Origin: Chrysemys picta bellii | Lineage: Eukaryota | NCBI RefSeq assembly: GCF_011386835.1 | Contig: NC_088815.1 | Span: 13,516,001 to 13,580,000, forward strand | Direction: 5' to 3' | Length of the DNA: 64,000 nt | In this document: piece after piece, positions 11,146-20,660 of the stretch | Position numbering within the stretch: position 1 is the stretch's first letter | Layout: each line of letters begins with the position of its first letter | Notes under the pieces: generated by a model | What the model was told of the DNA's origin: nothing | Databases searched by the model: none | What the model saw: only the letters and a program-made list of their open reading frames with translations | Translations under genes and position numbers: made by a program

Positions 11146-14100
11146 CTGTGGAGGGAGGGGCTGGTTAGGAGCCAGGACACAGCTGGTCACTGCCAGATCC
11201 TGCCCTAGTCCTCCCCACTGCCCTGCAGCAGCCTCCCCCCCCCCTGCAGTTCCTAGGCCTGCCAAGGCTTGGCAGAGCTCAGCCACCCCTCCACTGAAGG
11301 AGGTGCACTGCTTTGAGTCCAAGGGGCTCCCTCAGACTGATACACCTGCCCCCCCCCCCCCCCCCCGAGATTGACTGGCTGGTAGGGAGCCACTGAAGCA
11401 TTAAGCAGCTTTATGCTAGGCCCTGATGGGAAGCAAGGGGCTCCTCACATCTCTGGCCTCATTGTGCCACCAGCAGCCTGGGGGCTGTTCTGTGTCCCCT
11501 CCCCTGGCTCAGCAGCCCGGCCACCACTGGAGGGAGGGACAAGCCCCTCCTTATACTATGCCCATTGCCCCTCACCCTCCTCCAGGAGAGGGGACCTGGG
11601 AGGTTCTGAGCTGGCCATTCCCAGAGTACCCAGCCCCCCAGTTTAATACTGAACACCTGCCTGGTGAGGTAGGTGGATGCTATGGTCCCATTCCACCCCT
11701 AGGAACCATTCCCTCCACCCCCCAGGGCCTGCTCCATTACCTTCTTCCTGGACAAGGTCTTCCTCCACTTCCTGGCCAGCACGGAAGTCCACAGGCCCGT
11801 CAGCGGTCACCAGGCTCAGGGGCTCCTCCCGCCATGCTTGGCTCTGGGAGTCTCTTCTTGCTGAAAGAGTAAAGTGGTGTCAAGACAGTTCTCTTCCCAG
11901 TCCCTGAAGAACTGACCCCCCGCCCAGGGCTTTGCAGACAAGGCCTATGGGGCAGCAGCCCAGTTCCAGCCCCCATGGGAAAGTCCTGAGAAAGTGAAGA
12001 TGTCACTTCAGAGGTGCTCAGGGTCACAGTTGGGGCAGAGGAGGCTCCACAGAAGTGGTCGTTGTGCACCCAGGAAGGGGAGATCCATGGTCTCCCTTCA
12101 AGCCCCTTGGCTAGTGCCTGGGTGTCTTGCCAGAGGCCTATGGCCAGTCTAAGTGTGTGTGTGTGTGTGTGGGGGGGGGTGTCTTAGAGGTCCCCTGAAG
12201 GGGTAGCTTGCAGGAGGCCTGACAAGACAGCTTCAATCTAGCAAGAGCCATGACTGCTTGTAGCCAAGCCTTCATGGCCTGTCTTAACCCAGCACCCCAG
12301 ATACACGGATCTGAAGGCCCAGCAGTCTGCTAAGGGAAGGGGTGAAGGGGACAGAATGGGAAAGGCCCAAGTGTTTGGCTCTCAACAGGCCTGAGAGGTC
12401 CAAGAGGCAGATGCCAAGAAGGAACAGACTTACTCCTCCCCTGTAGGCTCGTGGGGCATTGGACTACACAGCGTTCCAGCCCAGAGGGCATGCAGGCAGA
12501 GGCACTGCAGTGGAAATATACCTGGAAGCAGAGAGAATTCATGCTTGGCAAGGATGGATTAAGGGGGGGGGGGGGGATCTGCATCAGAGGGTCACTGGCC
12601 TCCCTCCACCCTAAGAACTTCCAGCTCATGACAGCCACAGGAGAGACATCCAGCCAGCTACAGTAATGGGATTCTTTGCCTCCTGCAGAGCTCTTCAGAG
12701 CAGAAACTTTTGTCATGCAGTTGCACAAAGCATGGGGCTTTGCAGCGAAGGCCAGGAGACTGGCCTGCAGGGTCATGATCGGCTCCAGACCCTGGATGGG
12801 GTCGGCTTTAGGCCAGGCAAGCCAGTGCTGGTCACACTAGGCTAAATTAAGATCTTCTGTCCACTCAGGTGCTCCCCACCCAGCTGCCAGGAGAGGGGCA
12901 GGCAGCAAGATAGCTTCAGGTCAGTCTCTGCTCCATTTGCGGGAGGATCCCTGACCCACCGGCTTGGCCAGGGCAAGTCCCAGGACTAATCCCTTCCCGG
13001 GAGTGGGACCATACCGGGCCTGAGAGCGCTCGCTGGGAGGTGGCGTCCACAAAGGTGAAAGTGCTGACAATGAAGCGCTGATGGTGAGATGGGAACTGCA
13101 GCCCTGAGGCCTCGCTCACAGGTACCAGCTGGGTCTGGTAGTTGTCACCTTCATAAGGGCACCTGGAAGGGCACAAGCAGGGATGGGTTGAGGCTTCTCA
13201 CTTGGCAGTCACTGCCCTGCTCCCATCCCTGCCCACTCACTCACCCATCCACAAGGATCGGCCAGTCTGGCTGCTGCAGGGGGTTGGTGCTCGGGGTGGC
13301 CCAGCACTGGTGCAGGACTAGAGCCAGGCTCGGGTCTGTTCTCTGGAGGATACGGACCTCCACATGCACAGGGTCCCGGAGAAACTTCACCACTGGGTAC
13401 TCACGGTCTGCGTAGTAGGTGCTGTAATACTCATCTGCAGCAAGAATGAAGTGAGATGACCACGTCCTGCAGTGACCGGATCACTGATTTCATGGAGGGC
13501 TTGGCAGGGCAAGTGCTGGGGCAGAATCACCCACTTCCCCTGGTTCCTATTCTCCTCCTGGTGACCAGATCCCACTGGTATTGGTCAAGTGTCTGAACCA
13601 TGCCCTGGGGCCTAGCTGGGACACTGGGAGGCAGACCAGGAAAGTCATCTCCCTGAAGGGAGAGAGACCAGTGCAGCTGTGCCAAGAGACCATCCAGGCT
13701 GGCTTGGCCAGGACCTAGATTTCCTTCCCTCCCAGTGGGTACAGGAGCTCTGGGAGCAGAGCCACCCCCACCATCCAGGCAGGTGGGTCTCTGCCACCCC
13801 CCAAGGAGCAGTGATCCAAGTGGGCCAGACACTTAAATGTTTCAACAGCCTCTCAAGTGCTTGGCAGGCCTACATGCAGTCACCTGTAGCAAGCCTCATC
13901 TCCAAGGCTAGGGGTCCCTGCCCAACCGCAGGGGGCGGTGGAGGAAGGGTGGAGACCACGACATTCACAGGGAGGAAGTCCTCAGCCGAGTAGCTGCAGC
14001 GGATGGTCAGCCTGGGTGGGGAAAGAAGCTAGACAGCTGGTCCCCTCTGGACTCTCCCAGAGAGCACGCTCAGATGACAGGCTGAGACCTTGTCATCAGT

Positions 14101-17100
14101 GAGTGGTTAGTGCCTGCCCCCCTCCCTTTAATTGCAGGGGATCAGGTGGCCTCCCCCAGCAGGATGAGATCCAGGCAGGGAGCTCAGCAGTGGGTTGAGC
14201 ATGCCAGTGCACATCCCCTAGCCCTCCCTGGGAGGGGAGGTTCCCCCTAGGCAGGGGACCCAAACTCTGCTTGGCTGACAAGGGACCCCACCCTTTCCAG
14301 CAGAGGCCTCCAAGCTTTGCCAGGCCTGTTACCTGAAGGTGCTGTCCCGAGTGATGGAGCCAGAACGGGAGGTGAGCACTTGGCGGTCTGCTACCAGCTC
14401 ATTCTCATACACCCGCTGGTCTCCAGATGCCTGCAAAGGGAGGAGGAGAAGAGAGGCTGGACACACAAGAAAGGCCTTCCCATGGGAGAGCTTCTCAGAG
14501 CTGCTGAGTTCTTGTGCAAGGGAGAATTCACATGTGGGAGCCAGCTCAAACCTCCACAGCCAACAGGTCCAAGATCTAATGGCCCAGGCTGTGCCCCCCA
14601 CTACCCTTCTTTTGCAGGAGAAAAGTCTTGAGGGGATGTGACTGGAGCCAGTCTGCATAGTAGAGGCCCAGCCCAACTTCGCTCATGTTCTCAAGTTGAC
14701 CAGAAACTTGTCAATATACTAGGCCCTCCCCCTGACCTAGAATCTCAGGTGGCATTCCAGGACTAGTACACCCCAGTGTTCACATGCCACTAGACCACCA
14801 GCTACACCAAACAGGCTGTTTTCATGGCCAGCACAGCTTCCAGAGACACTAAGCTCATTCCATGTAGGGACCCAGACAGAGCAATGGGCACCATGTCCCC
14901 TCTTTTCCTGCCCATAGGTCCCTTTGCCTCAAGGCGATTTGGCCTTTCCATGAACCACTTTCACAAGCATTAGCAGCTGCTAGGGAGCAGGGTCTGTAGG
15001 CTGCTTGTGTTTCATCACAGCTCCGCATTAGCGGAGCTTGTAGGGCCCAAACCTTGGGAGACCACCTGTAAGCAGAGGCTGTAGGCTCAGAACCCCAGGC
15101 TGCAAGGGGCAAGTCTAATAGTCTCAGGACATATCAGATACAGCCTCATGGTGACTGTTAGCGACACTCTCCCCCGACCCATAACCTCAAGGACAATCAG
15201 GTGGCATCAGAGAGTGATGAGTTCAGGAAGTGCCTTGCCCAGCAGAGGGAGGACTGACTGGTGCCCTCCTTTACCTGGACAGTGGTCCCGCAGGCCGAGA
15301 GTGGGAAGCGATACACAACAAAGGCTTCATTCCTAGACACCGGGGCACATCTGCTGCCATGAGCGCTGACCAGGTGCACTGAGCTCAGGTCCAGGGGTGG
15401 CACGGTCACATCCCTTGAGATCGCAACTGAGAACTGGCCATCTGGGGTGCACTGCGCAGTCACTGGGGAAGAGCCATGCAGCATCTCAGCAGGGAGCGGC
15501 AGCCTCTGCTGGAGCCATTTGCCTGGGGACCCCTGCCCACCCCCACCGTGAAGCAGGAGCCTCTAGACAGGGGAGAAGACCAGCTAGAACTAGTCCTGCC
15601 CCCTGACAGTCACTGGGATGAGAGTGACAGGACAGGCCTGGGCTCAAAGGGGCAGACTCCATCACTGGGTCCTAAAGCCCACCCAGGCCCTGGTCCCCAA
15701 GCCCCAACTGGTTTCTTCCTCCCAGACACCCTCCAGAATCTGCTACAGAGATGCCCCAAGGCTCCCTGCGGCAGAGGAAAGCCTTTGCTCACCCTTGTCT
15801 CCATAGTAGCAGGGAGTCAGCCTGTCACCGGGCTGGTAGCAGCAGCCCAGCTCTTCACAGTCGCCTTGTGTGGTGGGTGGGGCAGCACACGGCAGCCGAG
15901 CTGAGGCCTGGACGGCAGAGCACACGCTAGGGCTCGGGGCATCCCGGGCTAGGGAGAGGGGCAAAGATGGGTGCTTGCTCAGACAGCCCTCCCTGTTATT
16001 CACCCTAAAGGGAGGACCAGGAAACAGCATCTCCCATGGCCGAGTCCCTCCTCAGGGAGGTGTCTAACTCCTGGCAGCTGGTACAGCAAGCCCAGAGACA
16101 AGGTGTGACTGTTCTTAATGTTTCCTCTGAATACTGTGTGGGTGCCTCAGTTTCCCCTATGCATTTTGTAAGTCTCCAGCGTGCATACATGGCTGACATG
16201 GTCTCCTGGCAACTAATGGCTGGGGCCCTTCCCCCCTGCAAGGGGATAGCTAAAGGTGAACCAAGATCAGGTGACATCCCAGCCCAGGAAAGCCACAAAA
16301 CCCAGAGAGGAGGGGCTGGGGAGTTTCAGTTTGTGCAGAGGGGGTTATCTGGCTCACTGCCCCCCAAAATGGACCCAGCTGAGGGGTCCCCTTCTCTGTA
16401 CCTACAAGCTCTGTTTTAGACCATGTTCCTGTCATTTAATAAGCCTCTGTTTTACTGGCTGGCTAAGAATCACATCTGACTGCAAAGTGGGGGTGCAGGA
16501 CCCCCTGGCTTCCCCAGAGCCCCACCTGGGCAGACTCGCTGGGGGAAGCGCACGGAGGGGCATATGCTGAATGCTCCCAGGAGAGACCCAGGAGCTGAAG
16601 CCATGTGAGCTTCTTGCCCTGAAGACAGTCTGCTCCGAGGGAGAGGAGGCTCCCCAAAGTCCTGACTGGCTTTGTGGGGAGCAGTTCCAGAGCATTGCCC
16701 AGGGACTCCATGACACAAGGCCTCCAGCTACACCAAGCAGCATCCTTCAGGAAGATCCTAGAGACAGTGCAGTCCCATCCCTGGCCCCAGAGCCCCTTAC
16801 CTAGAAGGTGGTTTGGGCACCTCAGCTCCTCCTTGTAGGAAGCCACAGGGCCTTCAATCTGGACTGTCATCACAAAGCTGCCATCCTAGGCGGGAAGCAG
16901 AGGATACACCACAGTGATGGTTCAAGCCACCCAGAGTCTCTCCCCAGCACCATGTGCTCAAGGAGAGCCAGGGGGCACGAATGATTTAAGGGGGACAGCA
17001 GGATTCACAACCACCCCCAGCCCATGCCCTGGGTGGGCCCATGGACCCATGAGTCAGTCCCACCAGGGGACAAGCAGGCAGCTGGGAGTCCTGGAGAGCA

Positions 17101-19226
17101 AAGATCACCCTCCCCCCAGCCTTGATACTCTGCCTTCGGTGCCATGTTCTCCCCTTGAAGAGCCAGTGGCATTAGCCAATGTCACAGACCCTAGCCCTAG
17201 TTGGCCTGGATGGATTGAGCATCTCAGGGGCAGAACAGACAAGAAACCAAGATTTGACTTTCACTCCCTGACCTAGCAGCTAGGCCAGATCACTCCCCGC
17301 ACAGGCAGGCCCTGAGCCACAGGCTAACCAAGGGACAGAGCCAGCTTTACTGGGAGAGAAGAAACGAGGTGGAGGATTTCAGGCCTCCCCACACAGACTG
17401 GGGTCATCCTCCTCCCTGCATTGCTGCGGCCAAACTCTCCCTCTGCGCGGTGGACTCCACCCTCTGAGCTGGGCCAGCAGAGCAACCGATGGCCAGAGCA
17501 GCAGATCGAGGGGGCCAGACAAGTCAGCTGCAGTGACATCACTCTGAAGCAATGAGATCACTAGCTCCAGGGACAGAAGCCAGGTCAGTGCAAGTGTTTC
17601 CAAGGCAGGGGTGGGGAAAGGAGTAGAGCGAACACATGTCGAGTCCTCCCCGGCTAGTAATGCTGCATGTTCGCAGCGCTGGTCAGCCTAGGCTCTCAGG
17701 ACGCGGTGCAGACAGTGGCCGTGCCTCAGCCTTCCTGAAGCTCCGGAGCAGGCTTGGACACATGGAAACTGAGGCACAGATGTGAAGAGACTTGCCCCCC
17801 ATGGGAAGTTAGTGGCAGGGGCAGGATTAGAACTCAGGTCTCCTGACTCCCAGCTCCATGCACTAATGGCTAAATGCAGACAGATCCAAGCATGGTCCCC
17901 TCACACCCCCTTCATAAGCACTGCTACCCATCCCATTCACACCGAGGGGGTCCCAGACAGGGCCTTACTCTCTCGTTGACATAACACCCAGTGTAGAACG
18001 CCTCGACCACCACGGAGCCATTGGCGTGCTGCTCGACACGCGTCCCGCAGGCAGGGTTGCTCTGCAGAGCCTGGGGCCTGCCCTCTGCATCTGGAGGCCA
18101 AGAGGGGCAACAGATGAAGCACCATCAGCCCTGTTCCTCCTAGTCCCAGAGCTACTGCCTCCCCCATTGCCAGACCCGGAGCAGGGAGGCGCTGCAGAGG
18201 AGTCCCGCTGTCGGTCACGCCAGCCTGGAGGGGCCACTGACCCCTCCCTTCCACCACAGACATTTGAAGCGTGGCCAGTTAAGGTCAGCAGTGGTGATGG
18301 AGTAGGAACCTTCCTTACAGGGTACAGACTGTTCAGAGACAGGCCAGTGCCATGGACCAGCCCACATGGTTTAGGGCTGGTTTCACTCCATTTCCTCCCC
18401 TTTAGCCTCACAAAGGCCACCCCCCCCCCCTCTTTGCACCACCTCAGCAGCTTGGCATTTCTCTGCTGTATTTGGGGTTAGTTCTCCCCCTACAGCTGTA
18501 ACTGAGGTATAACCTTAGCCAAGTCATTCAGCATCCAGTGCACCTCACCCCAGAGCCAGGTCTCCAGCAGAGACAGGGGATGGGTCACCAGATGATTCCC
18601 TGTTCTGTTCATTCCCTCTGGGGCACCTGGCACTGGCCGCTGTCAGAAGACAGGATACTGGGCTAGATGGACCTTTGGGCTGACCCTGTATAGCTTATGT
18701 TCACATGCATTACTGGATTAGTTAGTACACCAGCAATCAGGGGAGAGGGGGGGAGTTGACCCACTTCAGACAACTTGCCAGTTTCTGCCAAGTAACAGGG
18801 CCAATGGCTCCCAAGGTATTCCCTGGTCTAGCACCTTTTATCTGAGGAGCTCAAAGCTTTGGGGACAGTCAATATGCATTGACTTTGTACCCTCATTGGA
18901 GGCAAGCAGACAAGACCCAACACCCCAGGAAGTTACTTATAGTCAGAGACCCCACAGCACCTCCTCAGCTTTACCTGCTAGGGGATACTGCCTCCCAAAA
19001 TCCCAGCAACACCTTAGAGAGACCAAAGAAGTTTCACTTTGCTCAACTTACCCAGAGCTCTCAGCACAAGGGGAGCCACCTCAGTCTGGTTTGGGAGCAG
19101 GCTGAAGACCAAGCTTCTCTGCCCACAGGTCAGCCAGCTAATATCCCAAAGAGCCCCCCCATTCCTAAAGCCACCCTGAGCCCCCCCACTCAGAAAAAAT
19201 AGGCTAAAAAAGAGCCAAAACATCAT
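10991..19226 (-). CDS. ZP4: Zona pellucida glycoprotein 4-like (ZPB class); complement(join(10991..11145,11741..11860,12434..12521,13015..13162,13245..13434,13884..14011,14333..14430,15275..15462,15793..15948,16801..16885,17969..18090,19052..19226)), 550 aa
   Basis: Twelve GT-AG exons with consistent phases sum to 1653 nt with no internal stop. Domain order: signal peptide, ZP-N1 (4 Cys), trefoil (6 Cys), ZP-N ([14 protein letters not shown]), ZP-C (LHQCWATPS; [13 protein letters not shown]; FPSHHQRF), furin site RTRR, EHP-like [11 protein letters not shown] helix, basic tail. Motifs such as LLARDAP and RLPC match human ZP4 as recalled. Confidence 0.93.
11741..11860 (-). CDS. ZP4: ZP4-like exon 11 (furin site and EHP)
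   Basis: [40 protein letters not shown]; completes RTRR across the splice junction. Confidence 0.85.
12434..12521 (-). CDS. ZP4: ZP4-like exon 10
   Basis: [29 protein letters not shown], then donor GTAAGT. Confidence 0.92.
13015..13162 (-). CDS. ZP4: ZP4-like exon 9
   Basis: [49 protein letters not shown], then donor GTATGG. Confidence 0.95.
13245..13434 (-). CDS. ZP4: ZP4-like exon 8
   Basis: [64 protein letters not shown], then donor GTGAGT. Confidence 0.95.
13884..14011 (-). CDS. ZP4: ZP4-like exon 7
   Basis: [42 protein letters not shown], then donor GTGACT. Confidence 0.93.
14333..14430 (-). CDS. ZP4: ZP4-like exon 6
   Basis: [33 protein letters not shown], then donor GTAACA. Confidence 0.95.
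15275..15462 (-). CDS. ZP4: ZP4-like exon 5
   Basis: [31 protein letters not shown]...[16 protein letters not shown], then donor GTAAAG. Confidence 0.95.
15793..15948 (-). CDS. ZP4: ZP4-like exon 4 (trefoil domain)
   Basis: [52 protein letters not shown]; six Cys; donor GTGAGC. Confidence 0.93.
16104..16715 (+). mobile_element. Solo LTR (612 bp) in ZP4-like intron 3
   Basis: Begins TGTGAC and ends TGACA, flanked by an identical 5-bp target-site duplication CAAGG (16099-16103 and 16716-16720); internal degenerate poly(A) signal at about 16437. Confidence 0.85.
16801..16885 (-). CDS. ZP4: ZP4-like exon 3
   Basis: [28 protein letters not shown], then donor GTAAGG. Confidence 0.88.
17760..17870 (+). 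mobile_element. MIR/CORE-SINE fragment (one of many)
   Basis: ggaaactgaggcacag...ggattagaactcaggtctcctgactccc. Similar fragments at about 1395-1470, 20985-21060, 21930-22050, 29100-29250, 35310-35420, 36110-36260, 54030-54250, 58520-58620, 61370-61500, 62350-62510 and 63155-63440. Confidence 0.75.
17969..18090 (-). CDS. ZP4: ZP4-like exon 2
   Basis: (D)[40 protein letters not shown], then donor GTAAGG. Confidence 0.9.
18575..18700 (+). mobile_element. CR1 LINE 3' tail fragment
   Basis: gatgattccctgttctgttcattccctctggggcacc...gggctagatggacctttgggctgacc; nearly identical to 28930-29027. Confidence 0.85.
19052..19226 (-). CDS. ZP4: ZP4-like exon 1
   Basis: [18 protein letters not shown]...[27 protein letters not shown], then donor GTAAGT in phase 1. 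Confidence 0.85.
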
Positions 19227-19289
19227 GGCAGTCTCACTTCCCAGGATAACCCACCACTGCTGCTACTCACAACTTTCTGAGCCCTTCGC

Positions 19290-19365
19290 ACGGGTCTTAT
19301 ACCTTTCAAGGAGCTGTGATTGGCCAGCACTGAGGTCTAAATTCCTATATGGACCAGGTGTGACG
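19290..19365 (-). promoter_or_regulatory. ZP4-like core promoter (TATA, CCAAT, E-box)
   Basis: Minus-strand TATAA at 19301-19297, CCAAT at 19323-19319 and E-box CACCTG/CAGGTG at 19355-19360, in the correct order upstream of the ATG at 19226. Confidence 0.6.
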
Positions 19366-19860
19366 CCAACAGGCCAGCAGTCCGTTTACACCTTCCAATG
19401 GGCCTTGATTTGAAACTCACTGCACTTACTCCAAATTGATCAAAACCTTCCCACCCACCCACCCTTCTAAAGTGTTCTGTTGATTCTTGCTCATCCCCAA
19501 ACCCTTGTTAAGACCCTACAGGTTTTGCTAATGCAACAGGAAACATTTTAAAAGGGGGGGAAAGTATTTGAAGGCTGAGGGGGCACCTAGGGGGCAAGGG
19601 GCTATTTATTGGCTGGAAAAAACAAGTGTGGAAAAGGAAGCAAGCCGGAATGCTTTGGAGATTGAGAACTCCTTTTGTCAGACGACTGTAAAGTGCTAGG
19701 AGGGTTTATTATTTATAGAGGGGTAAACTGAGCCCCGGTCTTATCCCCCCTCCCCCCATGTGAGTAGTATCTGTGCAAATTAATCCAATTGCAGCTTCCC
19801 CAGGCCTAGCCTCTCCTTCCCCCCTGGATCACTTTTCTCATCTCATCCCATCCCCCCACA

Positions 19861-20095
19861 GGTTACGTCTGCAGTGCAATCCAGGGAGGTGACTGCAGCA
19901 CAGGTAGGTGTACTCCAGCTCGCTCGGGGGTGGGAACAGCGAAGCCACACGGCATGGGCTGTCCAAGCCTGCCTGGGCCCCTGGGTTCTTACTCAGGGGT
20001 TAGCCTGCGCTGAGACCCGTGCTGCTGCAGCTTCGCTGCTGTTGGTACCCACGTTAGCTAGATCAAAGCTAGCTCTGGTATGTGGAGACATGCCC
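19861..20095. mobile_element. Degenerate non-autonomous DNA transposon (Harbinger-like MITE)
   Basis: Ends GGTTACGTCTGCA and TGGAGACATGCCC form an imperfect terminal inverted repeat; internal gctagatcaaagctagc motif. Confidence 0.6.
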
Positions 20096-20369
20096 TCCGT
20101 GGGCCCCGCGCTTTGCCCCTCCCTGTACGTGCGCCTGCGTCTCTAGACCCACAGTGCAGAGCAGCAAATCCGAAAAAGGAGCGGTGCCAACATATGAAGT
20201 GAAAAAGGCAGTTCTTGCTGGGGAGTCCTTTATATCCCTTCTTCACCCATGGGTCACCACCAACCACCATGGCAACTATGGAAGGTTCTCACGCCAACTT
20301 TTCATGAGCATCAGGGCCTTGACTTGCCTGGAAAACAGGCATGTTTCCTGTAGGCTGGGCTGGACCTGC

Positions 20370-20660
20370 CAGAGCTGCTCAAAAATGTCCCCCCCCCCTG
20401 TAAAAATTTCAATGTTTTGGTGAAAAATCAAATACTGAAAATTTCGGCCAAAACTCAAAATCTTGGAAAGGAGAGGCAGCATGGGACTCCATAGCCATGG
20501 TGCATTGTGGGAGATGCAGTGCAGCCAGGGAGCCTGGCCCATAGAGGAGAATGGGGATTTGGGGTAACCGAACTACAGTTCCCATGAGGCATTGCAGCAG
20601 CAGCAGCGCCAAACTGAAATATTTCGGTTGTCAGGTGTTTGGAGGGTTTTTGGAGCCCCC
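20370..20660. mobile_element. Non-autonomous DNA transposon fragment (hAT-like)
   Basis: A/T-run subterminal sequence (gaaaatttcggcc; ctgaaatatttcgg) flanking the motif gaactacagttcccatgaggcattgc, which I recall from turtle MITEs. Confidence 0.45.

Noticed and set aside
10991-19226. Calling the ZP gene ZP1
   Set aside because: ZP-N1 has only four Cys with no extra cross-linking Cys, there is no long repeat or linker exon, and the motifs (LLARDAP, CGT...SVVVEA.Y.GCYV) follow ZP4.
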